From Gracilinanus agilis (lineage: Eukaryota), in the NCBI RefSeq assembly GCF_016433145.1, contig NC_058134.1, forward strand, positions 298,697,376 through 298,761,375: a stretch of DNA of 64,000 nucleotides, read 5' to 3'. A program made the translations under genes and the position numbers. Position 1 is the first letter of the stretch. The number at the start of each line of letters is the position of its first letter. Of this stretch, positions 12,101-24,065 are shown one piece after another. Under the pieces are notes generated by a model that saw nothing but the letters and a program-made list of their open reading frames with translations, did not search any database and was not told where the DNA came from.

Positions 12101-15100
12101 AAGGCGGAAAATCTGGTAAAGGATTTAAGTAGAGTGAGGAAAATAAATCTCTTCCAGGAATGGAAATGTCTTCAAGGGGCTGGAGGGGTGTTGTCAGGAA
12201 AGTAATGGGAACACATGCCATCAGGATGAACAAATTTGGCAAGACTCAGAGCCAGTCAGCTCCCTGATTACTATTAGTTGCTTTGGGATCCTGAATCAGA
12301 AAACCTTTCTATGCCTCCTTGAACATCTGCAGTGACTAAAGGGAAAAAATCATAGGATGACTTGAGATTCTGAGGTTTTGTTTGTTTTATTGCTAATATT
12401 GTAATTTTTTAAAAATGTTATTCTTGTGGCAAATTTACACATAAATTTTCTAAGGTAACACGATTCTTGTTGTCTCCCTCCTCTCTTCCCTCCCCCCTCC
12501 TGGAGTTGACAACCAGTTTCACTGGGTTATACATGTATTAATTATACTCAAAACCTGTTTCCAATGATTCATTTTTATAAGAGAGTAATCTTATAAGACC
12601 AAAACCCCAAATCATATACCCAAATAAACAAGTGATAAATCAAGTTTTCTTCTGCATTTTTGCTCCAACAGTTTTTGCTCTAGATGTGGAGATCCAACCT
12701 GTGTCCCAAGTCCCTCTGAATTGTCCTAGATCATTGTATTGCTATTCGTAGCAAAGTATTACATTTGATCATCCCACAATGTTTCGATTACTGTGTATAA
12801 TGTTCTCTTGGTTCTGCTTATTTCATCAGTCTACATCTGTCTGGTTCTTAAAGAAATCATCTGGTTCGTCATTCCTTACAGAACAATAATATTCCATCAC
12901 CATCATATACCACAATTTGTTGAGACATTCCCCAATCAAGGGACACCTCCTCAGTTTCCAATTTTTTGCCACCACAAAAAAGTGCAGCTATGCCTTGAGA
13001 TTATGGGAAGAGACATGGAGTGGTTGAAGGGGTTCCTCATCCTCCTGGACATCGACACACTTAAGAGAGGCCCAGGGAGAGCTTGAGCATAAGATCAGGA
13101 AGGGAAGGATCTCTCCACTGGGAAGGGAAGATTGATAGCTCTCCAGGCTGTCCCACTATCCCACTCCAGGAACCAAGTAGAGAGGTCTAAACTCCTTAGA
13201 CTGATGAGGGATCAGACCAAAGAGAAGGTGGAAAGTGAATGAGGAGGGTCTGGCCTAACTCTGCAGAATATCTCTGTGAAGCCTCTCTCATGACTACAGA
13301 AGAAAAAGAGCTCTGCCTTGAGGCCCTTGAGGCTATGCTGACTATTTCTTCTCCAGGTCCCCATTATCCTTGGGCTTGCCAAGTGGTATCTGTGGTCAGG
13401 AACAACAAAGAAGGAAGTGAATTTGTCAGTGCTTGAGTCCCCGCCTAGACTGTCAACATCTAAGACCAGGCTGGTCTCACAAACCACAGTTGCTCTCTAC
13501 AGGCATTTGGGCCAAAATGCATCTGGATTTCTGGTGTTTGGGGATCTTGGAGCACTATGTGCTAGCTAGAGAGAGTAAGACAGATATGGGCACTCAGATG
13601 ATTTGTTGGCAGACAATTTGCTGTGTCTCTGAGTTGGAAGTCCTTCCTGCAGTCGGAGGAGACCCTGCTTCTGTCACCCTCAGTGCCATCCTAAGCCTCT
13701 CCCAGGGAACTGGACTGAGATATCATTATGATGAACCATGAGATTCATGTTTAATCTGGAGAAGAGAAGGCTCAGGGATTAGGGGAGAGCATGAGTCTGA
13801 ATCTGAAGTCTCTGAAGGGCTGTTAAGTTGAGGAGTAATAAGTCTTTTTCTACTTGGAGATAGAGGGAAGAACTGGGCACAGTGAAAGCAGGTGAGATTG
13901 GGGAAATTTTTTAAAGGGGTAGATTTAGATTTGATGTCAAAAAAGACTTTCTGAGAATGAGAGTTAACAAAAAGTGCCTGGGTTGCCTGAAGAGGTAGTA
14001 GGATTCCCCTCCAAGCAGATTGTATGGCACACCTTTGCTACTGTATTTTAGTTGGATTATTTTTTTTATGGATTGATTGGGTCATTGAAGTCCCTTCCAA
14101 CTATTTATTTCTTAGGTTCACTGGGTCTTGGAATATTCTTGAATGACCTGAGTTTTACTCAGTCAAAAAAGCACTGACCTCTATAAAAGAGAATTCTTTG
14201 TTCTCTTTGAGTTTACACTTGTGAAAGGGAATCCTTTATTCTCTTTTCCTAGTAGGAGCTAACACTTTGGTTAACAACTTAAGTACCCCTACTTAGTACC
14301 TCCTTAGATTGTGAAGACAGGATTAGCTCTCCTTTGAGTACCTTTTGATTGAATCAACAAAAACTTGAACTAAGTGGAGGAGCTGGAAAACCACTTAGAG
14401 AATTCACACCCTCCGAAACTCAAAAATCTCTGTATGCAGGGTCATATAGCTGGGAAGTGTCCGAGGCCAGATTTGAACCTAGGACCTCCTGTCTCTAGGC
14501 CTACCTCTGATTGTGAGATGCATTTCTGAACTTGGAAGTCAGGTTTGCACCAATGGCTGGGGGAGAAGGGATGGCCTTCCCAGGTATTGAATCCCTCTCA
14601 GGAGTGTGGCGGCTGGGGTGGCCCAGCCTTTAGGCCAAGAGGCCTGCCCTCCCAGGGGATGCTGGCCTCTGCACCAGCTCTCAACTCCCTACACCCCGGG
14701 CCCACCAGCACCAGGGAAGAGACAGAACTCAGCGTGCCTTTCCTCTGCCTTCCAAGCCTGGAGCCAAAGAAGCCTCTGGCAGCAACCATGCTCTCCCTGC
14801 CGATGTACACAGCGTAACTTCTTCCACAGAGCCCACACGGATCGCCCAGGTCTGACACGAGTCTCGCTTCCCTGGTCTCAGCTCCCCTCATGGTCAGAAC
14901 TGAGAGGAGGTTTCAGTCCCTTTACTGGACTGAGGAGGAGACCAAAACCCAGGGCGCTGGAATGCCTCGGCCACTCTCCCCAAGAGGGTGGGATGTGGAA
15001 GATAAATCAGGCTTACACCCTTGCTGTTAGGGCCACTCCTGACTAGCCTATAAGCTGGCCTCCACTTTTGTATCTCTGCCAAGCCCCTGGCCCAGCCTTA

Positions 15101-18014
15101 GGATGCCTGTGTTTGTATGGCCCTGTGTCTATCCGTACATCCATCCATCCAATCCATCTATTTATCCATCTAGTCACCTCTCTATCTATCTGTACATCAA
15201 TCAATCTATCCAGTCATCGCTCTATCCTTCCATCTATTTATCTATCTATCCATCCATTCATTTATCCATCTATTTTTCTATCCATCTATCTATCCATTTA
15301 TTCATCTGTCCATCCATCCATACTCCTTTCTTCCTGACTTCACCCTCTCCTTCACCTCTCTCTCTTCTCCTTGCTCCTCCCTGTCTCGGGCTTTTCTCCA
15401 ATTTCATTCAGACCCTTCAGTACTTTCCTTGTTTCCTCCTTTCTCCTACGTGCCCCTAGGAGGGTCCACCCCTCTTTGATTTACAGTATCCCCGAGATCC
15501 TGGGATTTCGTCCCCTCCTCCCCCTGGCTCACAGCTGGGAATGGCTAAACAAGGTCTGGACTGGAAGGGAAATGGATGAGGGGCATCTGCAGCCTCCTCT
15601 AGGCCAGCAGAGGCTCCCACATCCTTGCCATGTTTTGTGGCCAGAGTTGCTCATAATAGTTGTGAATGTGCCTGCATTAGGCCAATGAGCCATCCTCTTC
15701 CCAGAGTTGAGGGTTGCTTTGGTTCCTAGGTATCCCGTGGCTTCTGGCCCTGCCATAGAATAACTATGTCTTCTAGAGTTGTGGGTGACTTGGGTCAGGG
15801 CCAAGTGGACGTTACACCAATGGAGTAACATCCTGGGCTCACTGAGACCACCTTGAGCACACCAGGGCTGAGGGACTGGCAAAGTCTGTAGACTGACTTC
15901 TTGAGGTAGACAGGCAGCAAGGAGGGAAGGGTGTGTTGGATGGAGAAGATGACCATGGCCAGGAAGGCCATGAGAGGTATTTGTATTTCTGCTGGTGACT
16001 TTCATTCTGCTCCAAAGGCAAATTGGCCTCCCTCCTAGCCTAGAGAGAAAGTTGGGCCTTGTCACTCATCGGGTGGTCAGGGCCAAGGAAGGGCTGCTTT
16101 TCAAAATGAAAGCAAGGCTTCCCTGAAAAAACCTATAGGAGAGCAGCTCTCTGAATGGGCAGAGAGGACCTTTCCCTGGATCAGGATGGCACAAGGTGTA
16201 AGAAGCCCCCCTGGAAGGGAGAAGAGCCTCTATCCATCATGGGAAGCTAGGAAGTGCTCTGAGGGGCTTCCCAAGAGGGAGGAACACATTCACAGGAACC
16301 TGAGATGATGAAGGAGGATGAAGAACGAGTGAGCTATGGTCGTTGGTGACTCTCTGCTAAGAGCTAGAGAGGCGGCTGGATATCTACTTCCTGGCAAACA
16401 TCACAGAGACTCAGCTGCCTCCTCTTCATCTTCACCCAAGAAGAGAATGAGAGGAAATTCGATTCTGTGTCTGATTTCACCAAGAAAAAGGAACTGTTTT
16501 AGGGGTAGAAATGGTGGGAACCTTGCAACAAAGCAACCTCTCCATTTTCAGAGGGTTTTAAGAATGGGAAAGATCAATATGAAGATCCTGACAGTCTGGG
16601 CCCCCCAAAACTTGGAGAAAACATTTCAGTGGGATCAAAGGAAAGATAGGCAGGCTTCCTTTCCAGAGATATTAGCCCTGGAAAGATGGTAAACTCTCAA
16701 GAAGTAAACTCTTGAGGCAAGTAGTTGGCTCAGTGTATAGAGTCATACCTGAAGACAGGAGGTTCTGGGTTCAAATGTGGCCTTGGACACTTCCCAGCTG
16801 TGTGATCCTGGGCAAATCACTTAACCCCAATTGCCTAGCCCTTACTGCTCTTCTGCCTTGGAACAAATACTTAGTTTCAACCCAGTAACTTAGGGTTTAT
16901 AAAAAATGTAAAAGAAAATAATTAAAATCTCAAGACACAACAATAAGGAAGAAGAGAGTGTGTTGTCTAAAGAGGCTGATGGGGATGCACAGGGAGCTCT
17001 CTGACCAACGTAGATGTCCAAAAGAGAGATGGAAGCCAGAGCAGGGGGGGTGAGGAAGAATTCAGGGTCTGTCAGAAAGTCAAGAATGCTCCAGGACACA
17101 CAGCGAGCCAGAACAAAAGGGGATGGTTGTATTCAGTTCTCTTTGGGAGCAGAAGGACAAAAAACAGACATTTATGTCGATTTATAATTGCCCTGCAGGC
17201 ACGTATTTTACAAATAATAATCCTCACAATAACCCTGGGAGATAGGTGCTCTCATGATCTTCATTTTACAGTTGAAGAAATTAAAGCAAACTCACTCAAG
17301 GTCTCACAGCTAGGAAATGTCTGAGCTTGGTTTGAAACTCAGGTCCTCCTGACTCCAGGCCCAGTGCTCTGGGCACTATGGTGCCACCTCACAGCTGATG
17401 CTAATAGGCTACTTAGGTTTTAAGCAGTGTGATGGAGCCAGGAAGCCCTGGATTCAAATCCCACCCTGACATCCTGATAATAACTTTGTGACCCTGGGCA
17501 GGTCCTTTACCCTCAGTCTCTAAGACTTCTCTACTGAGTTTTGAAGGAAATCTCACTTCATTCCCATGTCTATCCAGGTTTGTCTTTAAAACTCACAATT
17601 GCCTTGGGAAATGGCCCCTATAGGGATTTCTAACTAAGATTCGCCAAGGAGGAAATAGATGCTAAGAAAGGAAAGTCATTTGCCCAAGGTCACCCAGAGA
17701 GCCTCAGGCAGCAGCTGAACCTGGGGTCCTGGACTCAGCTCTGGGAACTGTTTTAGGAAGGGTGTGGATGACGAGGAGGGGGTCCAGGGGAAGGCAGCAA
17801 AGATGGTGAGGGACTCACAGAAGGAGAGATAGATGTTCTGTGGCTCTTCCTGCCATCCCCTCCACTCCACTTTCAGCTCCTTTATAAGAAAACACTTACA
17901 GACGCATTCTTGTATGACGGGTTATCCTCAAAGCACTCATGGCAGAATTTGTAAAGAAAGAGGACGTCCACAGGACACCAGGACTGGCGTTCGCCGTCTT
18001 GTTGGGCTCCGAAG
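148..18014 (-). CDS. Putative unrecognised multi-exon gene (basic, largely disordered protein); exon chain tentative
   Basis: Exon-like segments with AG/GT ends and open frames: 17900-18014, 11137-11182, 10231-10409, 8425-8682 (one frame break), 6070-6272, 5179- or 5129-5299, 1248-1319, 486-599, 148-191 (stop TAA overlapping AATAAA at 147-152). Best supported: 6070-6272 (67 open codons, 7 CpG), 17900-18014 (strong acceptor, GTAAGT donor, 7 CpG) and 11137-11182 (GTAAGT donor). No homolog recognised. Confidence 0.42.
2218..2383. mobile_element. Young non-autonomous hAT (Charlie-like) DNA transposon / MITE
   Basis: Perfect 14-bp TIRs CAGGGGTCGGCAAC (2218-2231; 2370-2383), 8-bp TSD CATTATAG/CGTTATAG, 8 CpGs in 166 bp. 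Confidence 0.9.
6547..6736 (-). mobile_element. Opossum-type SINE (SINE1_Mdo-like)
   Basis: Reverse complement starts GGGGCAGCTGGGTAGCTCAGTGGATTGAG; 14-bp TSD TTTAACTGAGTTTT at 6533-6546 and 6737-6750. Confidence 0.88.
6760..7930 (-). mobile_element. Old L2 fragments
   Basis: Purine-rich decayed sequence with L2-like phrases (GGATTTTGTGTTTGATCCTGAG, GTGCTAAGTGCCAGGG). Boundaries approximate. Confidence 0.5.
9030..9387. mobile_element. hAT-type MITE, second family (TIR CAGTGATGGCGAACC), inverted relative to the other two copies
   Basis: Ends CAGTGATGGCGAACC ... GGTTTGCCATCACTA; subterminal GGCACACAGAGCACTCTCTGTGG shared with the 27.1 kb and 59.3 kb copies. Confidence 0.75.
9675..9897 (-). 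mobile_element. MIR/MAR1-type CORE-SINE
   Basis: GAAACCGAGG...AAGTGACTTGCCCAAGGTCA core. Confidence 0.7.
10585..10800 (+). mobile_element. MIR/MAR1-type CORE-SINE
   Basis: GCCTGGAGTCAGGAAGAACTGAG...CAGTTTCCTCATCT. Confidence 0.7.
12410..12995 (-). mobile_element. LINE-1 3' fragment (antisense)
   Basis: Resembles the reverse complement of the L1 3' end in this window and the fragments at about 2020-2200 and 20225-20515. Confidence 0.7.
13745..14105 (+). mobile_element. CR1/L3 3' fragment
   Basis: CTGGAGAAGAGAAGGCT...AGATTTAGATTTGATGTCAAAAAAGACTTTCT, typical CR1 3' end. Confidence 0.7.
14182..14432 (+). mobile_element. Partial LTR of the same family as 61661-62503
   Basis: Shared TTTACACTTGTGAAA..GGAAT.CTTTATTCTC...TACCCCTACTTAGTACCTC.TTAGATT sequence; truncated by a SINE fragment at about 14437. 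Confidence 0.7.
15140..15325. repeat. (ATCC/ATCT)n tetranucleotide microsatellite
   Basis: Degenerate CCAT/CTAT runs. Confidence 0.85.
16330..16670 (+). mobile_element. CR1/L3 ORF1 (SGNH esterase-like) remnant
   Basis: Translation VVGDSLLRARE..YLLPG resembles the CR1 ORF1 VVVGDSLLRG...CLPG motif. Confidence 0.55.
16714..16908 (+). mobile_element. Marsupial SINE
   Basis: A/B-box-like head (GGCTCAGTGTATAG; GGTTCAAAT), core and A-rich end. Confidence 0.8.
17170..17390 (-). mobile_element. MIR/MAR1-type CORE-SINE
   Basis: TCCTCACAATAACCCTGGGAGATAGG...TCCTGACTCCAGGCCC. Confidence 0.7.
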
Positions 18015-20224
18015 CTACCGAAAGAGAGGGGAGGATAGGGACACCCTGCCCTTCTCCCATCAACCTCTGGATAGGGAAAGGCTGGGGCAGGGTCTCCTCT
18101 CATCAATGGCACACTTGACTTTTGCCATGAACAGAGAAATGACCATACTCTGGTGATTTAGGGCCTTCCTTCAGACGGAAAGATTTGGCATTCTAGTAGG
18201 CAGGGATAGAGGCTGGTGGCTCAGCTCCCAACAATAGCTGGGCTAAATGAAGGGCCATCTGAAGGAGATGGTTTGGGATGGGGCCCTTCTTGGCCATTGC
18301 AGGAGAAAGCTGGAAGCCTGCCGCCATGTCTGCCCAGAGCACTTAGGATACGGGGGTTTTTAGAAGGGTCTTAGGACAGCCCCACCTCTATCCTGTCTCC
18401 AAATGATCCTTGAAATTCCCTCCTGGTCACTGTCTCTGACCCGAAATTTGGGGTTCATGGCCTGTGGCTCACTAGCCCACTAACCCTAACCCAACTCTCC
18501 CACAAGCTGAACCTGGAAATACTCTTTCCTGAAGCCCCTGCAGCTCCTCCTAACCCCGCATCCCACAGTACTCACAGCCACACAACCCAGCGCCCCCCGC
18601 AAACTCCTCTAAGTCCCAGCCTCTATAACCTCCCGTTGGGCTTGGTCTGGTGCTCCCTGGGCTCTGGGGCCTTGGGTTTTGGAGGCTCCAATGGGAGGAA
18701 ACCTCCAGCTTTTACTTGCCCTCCTGGGGAGGTCCTGGTGAAAGAGGAGTCTTGTTCCTGGTTCTGGGAGGGGGTCAGGAGGCTCTGGCTCAACCTCAAG
18801 GGTGAGGTCTGACTCAGTGCTGCTCTGTCATCAGGGCTGCAGCTCAAGACCACTCCCCCCATTTGCAGCTTTGACCTATAAGAAGGAGCAATAAGGAAGG
18901 ACCCCTGTGCCATGGGAAGGTGCCAAGAGTCCAGCCCTGGTGAAGAATAGCCCTGTTCTAGGCTAGGGAACAGGCAGTGGCCAAACCATAGGGAACCCAG
19001 AAGCTGTGTAGAGCCTTGCTACAATGGTACTTTGCTGGTGGGCCCTTTTCCTTCAGGCAATCAGGGAAGGCTACATGGTGACAAATGGGAATGTGATATG
19101 AGGATGAGAAATGAGGGTTTCACCCTGATGGCCTCTAAGAGTCCTTCTACTTTACAACAATTCCCTTCTCTGAACTCCCACCAACGCCACCCCTGAATTA
19201 AGGGGCTCAGACAAGCCCCATTCTGTCTGGTCTCTGGAAGGAGATAAACCAAAAGCCATCACTCCTGGGGCCCACCCTGGGACAATACCAGCTTGCTCCC
19301 AAGTCAATGGAGAAACCTTGCAGACTGGACAATGGGTGTGGGGTGCAGAAAGCAATGGTGGACATTGCTGGTCCCCTGAGGGACCTCATGGTCCTAGTTC
19401 AGGGGCATCAGGGTGCCCTAGAGCAGGTTTCTTTTCCTCTCTAGCCCCAGTGTCTCTCCGAGGCTAAAGAGGGTGACCAAGATCTTTTAGAACAATGATG
19501 AGGATCTGGAGTCTAGGAACAGGCTGTTGGTTCTGTCTGATGCTGCCCAAGCACAGTCCCCAAGATATGTAGAAGCCCAGAATGGGTTCCAGGAGTGGAG
19601 GTGCCTGACCACTGACTGGAGGGAGGCCCGACCCAGAGCAGATGCCAAGAGTGGAGATGCCAGACCACCAACTGGCAGGGAGCCCAGCACAAAGCAGAAG
19701 CAGCTCCTGTTTCCAACATACCCTCCCTGGCAGGAGTCTACAACTACAACTGTTCACTCATGCAGGAAGGCATAGTCTCGATCAAGACCAGAGGCTGCCT
19801 GACCTCTTCTTCCCCTGGTGGGGCAGAGCTGGGTGCAGAGTAAGGCAAGATGAGGTGTCTGGCAATATGACCCTGAGTCAGCCTGCTGCTCACTTGTCTT
19901 GGGGGTGGCCTGAAATCTGAGCAGGTAAGCAACTTTGATTCAAGGCCTGGTGGCCCCTTTTGCTTTTGACGATGACTTAGAGGAAGCTCTGGATTCTTGA
20001 AGGTCCTGCTGAACTTGACCAGTCAGTAGCTTCCCTTTTAGCCTGTGGACCAGACTTCAGGTGTTGTGAGGCCATCCTAGAAACTTTTTCATCCAGTAAG
20101 ATGCTTTGTTTTAAAAAGCTTGCTGAGCCCAGAGCCAACTAATATATGGGGATCCCCCCAGAAATGAAGAAAGTTGTGTGGCCAGGGTCATTAGGATAGA
20201 CATCTCCAGGGGACACTAATTTTC

Positions 20225-20515
20225 TTTAAAAGATTTTATTTTTCCCTAATTACATGTAAAAACAATTTTTTATCATTAATCCTTCTAAATTTTGAGTTCC
20301 AAATTCTTTCTTCTTCCTCCCTCTCTTAGACATAAGCAACCTGATATAGGTTTTACATGTGCAATCACGTAAGATGTTTTTTCCATATTAGTCATTTTGT
20401 GGAAGAGATCTCAAATTTTAAAAAAAGAGAAATATATTATGTTTTGGTCTACATTCAAATACCATCAGTTCTTTCCCTTTAGTCAGATGGCATTTTTCAT
20501 CACAAATCTCTGGGA
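20225..20515 (-). mobile_element. LINE-1 3' fragment (antisense)
   Basis: T-rich tail then typical marsupial L1 3'UTR wording. Confidence 0.55.
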
Positions 20516-20889
20516 TTATCTTAGATCTAGCTGCTCAGAGGCCTTTCCTTGGATGACCATCCCTCCTGGACATTCTCAGGTCCCTTCTTTTCTGCGACAT
20601 GGCTCCCACCTGGTCGAACCCTTGTTCATTGGCCACATCTCCTTGCTATCATTTATTACATGATCTGTCTCCTTTCCCCCACAGCTAAGTGATCCCTGCA
20701 GCTCTCTGAATTCTTAGACATCTTATTACTAGCCACGGCTTCCCTCATCACTTCCACAGAAGGTTCCCAGACCCAGATATTCTGTCCTAAGCCTTCTCTT
20801 GAACTTGAAGACAATTATCATCATCCCAGCTATGATTCGTGTGACAAGTGAGATCACTCTCCCCCTCCCGAGTTATGGGGATCCCCTAT

Positions 20890-21086
20890 TTTTTTAAACC
20901 CTTACCTTCCACCTTGGAGTCAATACTGTGTATTGTTTCCAAGGCAGAAGAATGGTAAGGGCTAGAGGCAATGGGGGTCAAGTGACTTGCCCAGAGTCAC
21001 ACAGCTAGGAAGTGTCTGAGGTCACATTTGAACCCAGGACTTCCCATCTCTAGGCCTGGCTCTCAATCCACTAAGCTACCCAGCCA
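20890..21086 (-). mobile_element. Marsupial SINE
   Basis: TTTTTAAACCCTTACCTTC...GGCTCTCAATCCACTAAGCTACC. Confidence 0.8.
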
Positions 21087-21229
21087 TATCTCCCTTCCCC
21101 CCTTCTATTTTTGAAAAGCTTTAGCTGGAAGTAAAATCCTCAGTCCTGTCTTCTTGGGTTCAAATCCTACCTCATCTCTTGGTTTCAGTTTGCTCATCTA
21201 TAAAATGAAGGGGTCAGGCTCAGTAGGAC

Positions 21230-21420
21230 ACTTTTATTAATGCAGTCTAAAATCATATTAGCTTTCTTGAATTCTCACCATACTCAATTCATACAGAGCA
21301 TATGGTTCACAGGGAGCCCCAGATCCTTTTCGCAGTAACTGACGTCTCCACAATCTCCCTACTTTGTAGTTTTGAGAGCCCAAGTCTAGACTTCACAATA
21401 AATTCCATCTCGTTGGCATA
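21230..21420 (-). mobile_element. CR1/L3 fragment (antisense)
   Basis: TTTATTAATGCAGTCTAAAATCATATTAGCTTT..., typical antisense CR1 RT segment. Confidence 0.55.
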
Positions 21421-23900
21421 ATTTGGGGTTCCTGTCATTTAGGGCAGGGTTTCCCTGGCCAGCATTAACTGCTCATTTCTCCTCAGACTGCCACCAATGC
21501 TCAAAGCCTATCCTAAGAAGTGCTCAGAGATGACAATCTTGTTCCCCCTGACTAAAAGCATCTCTCCTGGTTTCATGGCAGCTCAATCACATCTGACATC
21601 AGGTGAAATGCTGTCAGACTTACTGAAAACTGAAATAAAGACACACCCCCTTAACCTCCCCCTTGTCCATAGGTTTCTTCAGCCATTCCAAAACCCAATA
21701 ATGAAATCAAATTGATTCAGAGTGACGAAGCATCTCCCCAACGCAAGTGACTATGTTGGATGCTCCCTACCTTGTGGAAGCTTAAATTCTACTGGAGGAA
21801 TCAGAAGCCCAGAGTTCACAGGACCTTAGTGATCATCTGGCTCTGCCAGCACCCACCCAATCAGCACAGTATGTTGGTCATCATCCAGGCTCCTCTTCAA
21901 CAATGCCAGTGACAGGATACTGATGGGATCTTAGATTTAGAATGGGAAGGTGCCTGAGGGATTCCTAAGCATGTGCTTAGGAATTACAGCTCTAATGGGT
22001 GAAACACCACCCATGGTGTGCCTTCACAGGGATGCTTTAAGCCTCAAAGCTACAGGATGGTGAGTGGGGCCAGAGGAGAGTAAATGAACACATTCTACTC
22101 AGTAACAAAAGATCATGGTCCATAGAACAGAGAAGGGTGCTTGTTCCTTGGACCTGGTGGCCTAACAACAACAAAAAGTCAAGTGAAGCATGGTCAGGGC
22201 TTTCCTGAAGACTGGAGAGTGGGACCCCTAGTAGGGATAGGAGTCCCTTCCTGATGGCAAGAGGCAGGGGTAGCCAGGCCTTCTTAGTTCTTAATCTTAG
22301 TGCCATCCCTCTGAAATCACTCCCAATCTGTCCTGTTTATACAGCAGGGCCCGTCTTTTATCTTTTGTGACTCCAGCACAGCAGCTAAATGTTAATCACA
22401 GTTTATTCTTTGAAACCATTTTCAAGTTAGCAATTGTGCTTTTTGAAATTTCATGAAGGGTTCAGCCCAAGGTTTTGGTCTATCAAGAACTTCCCCAGTC
22501 CTATTCCTGTTTGAATACAGGACTTCCTTCTCTTCCTGCCTCCCGCCATTTCTCAACATCTTCACTGAGTGTCTCAGTCCATGGCTGCTCAGAAACTTTT
22601 CCAAGTTTATGAATTCTTGTAATAAGTCTTTGTGAAGCTCTTCCACTGTCTGCTGGCTTCCTCAGGAGCTTTCTGTGGAGTGAGTGCTGCAAGAAAGGGC
22701 TCTTTCATTTAGGTATTTCTTGGAATGTCGTGTCTGTCCCCTGATCATTCTTGAGCACAGGCTCATTAGGGATCCATAGACAACCAGAAAAACCTCTGTT
22801 TCTTGTTCCTGCATTTCTGCCCCAAAGCCAGAATCAGCTAGTGCTGCCCTACTGGGCTCTCACAGTCCTTCTTCAGGGGAGAAAGGAAGGATGATAAAGA
22901 GGTGGCAGTCAAAAGTCCAGAAATGCTGTCATCTCTGAGAAGCAGAATTCTAAGAAAGGAAAAGGATGAGTTCAAACCAAGTAAACAATGTTAAGTCCTC
23001 AAAATTGTCCAGGGCAGTTTGTTGGAAAGAATGAAACTTGGCTCTCCTCCAAAGGACAACGGACACTTCCTTGGTCCCTTGTGGTTTTTACAAAGCACTT
23101 TATACTAAATTTCAGGCGAGACCTGAGAGGTAAGCAAAAAAGGATAAATTTCCAGTTTACAGGGAAGGAAAATGAGGCACACTGATAAGACCAAGGTCAG
23201 GCAGCTACCCAGCAAAGTGGCGAAACTAGGGTCAATCCAGAATTGCTATTTAATTCAGTGAAGACTCAGTGAACATCAGAAAGTGGATTTGTTGTGGATC
23301 AGAGCCAGGCAATGTCAGTTTCCCCCAGCAGGTCTTTACCCTTCAGAAATGAATGGTGGTGCATGACAAGGGCAGAGAAAAACAAACAGTTAAAGTGGCT
23401 AACCCTACAGTCAAGGGTATTTGGGGAGGAAAGTGGAACCAGGATTGGGGTGAGACTGAAAGGAAATGCAGGATCCCAGTCCAAAATCCTCTGTAGAGGT
23501 CAACCCTGGAGGGAGGAGAAGACTTCAAGAAGCAAGTCCAACTAGGGGGGTTGACTGAATCAGCCCACAGAAACAAAGAAATAGTGGAGCTGTCCAAGCT
23601 TTATCCAGAAGGCAGGAGAATAGGCAGGGATCCAAGAAATTGGGTGTCCTAAGACCACCAACAGTTATATAAACTCAATAAGGGAGTGGTTTCCTTCAGT
23701 TCTGGGGGAAGAAGAGGTATGGACAAAAGGGTACCCCACAGGTAACAGGGTGGGGGTCCATTCCTGGGACAGAACCTAAATGGCCAGTAGGAAGCTGGCA
23801 TCTGTGGGGGCTGAGATGACAAGGGCACTCTTTAGTCTTTGATGAGTCATTTCAGACTAAAGATTGCTCAGTGACCTAAGGTTAAGAAAACTCAATCTGC

Positions 23901-24065
23901 AGGGACAGCTAGGTGGCTCACTGGATAAGAACACCAAGCCTAGTCAGGACCTGGGTTCAAATCTGCCATCTCCCAGCTATATAATTGGACAAGTCGCTTA
24001 AACCCCATTGCCTAGCCCTTGCCCTTTTCTTAAGAGTTGTTACTCAGGCTGAAAGTAAGTTTAAA
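23901..24065 (+). mobile_element. Marsupial SINE
   Basis: GGGACAGCTAGGTGGCTCACTGGATAAG head and GGTTCAAAT B-box. Confidence 0.75.

Noticed and set aside
13212-13487. ORF containing IFCRVRP, reminiscent of the kinesin-14 neck motif
   Set aside because: No other kinesin motif nearby; a short chance match.
14545-15082. Overlapping 90-146 aa ORFs in a locally GC-rich stretch
   Set aside because: Open in several frames on both strands, with no convincing splice pair or homology.
15529-16065. 178-aa minus-strand ORF
   Set aside because: No motif, codon or splice support that I can see.
19152-19932. Long minus-strand frames with two stops and an internal repeat at 19576-19700
   Set aside because: The repeat period is 56 bp, not a multiple of 3, which argues against coding origin.
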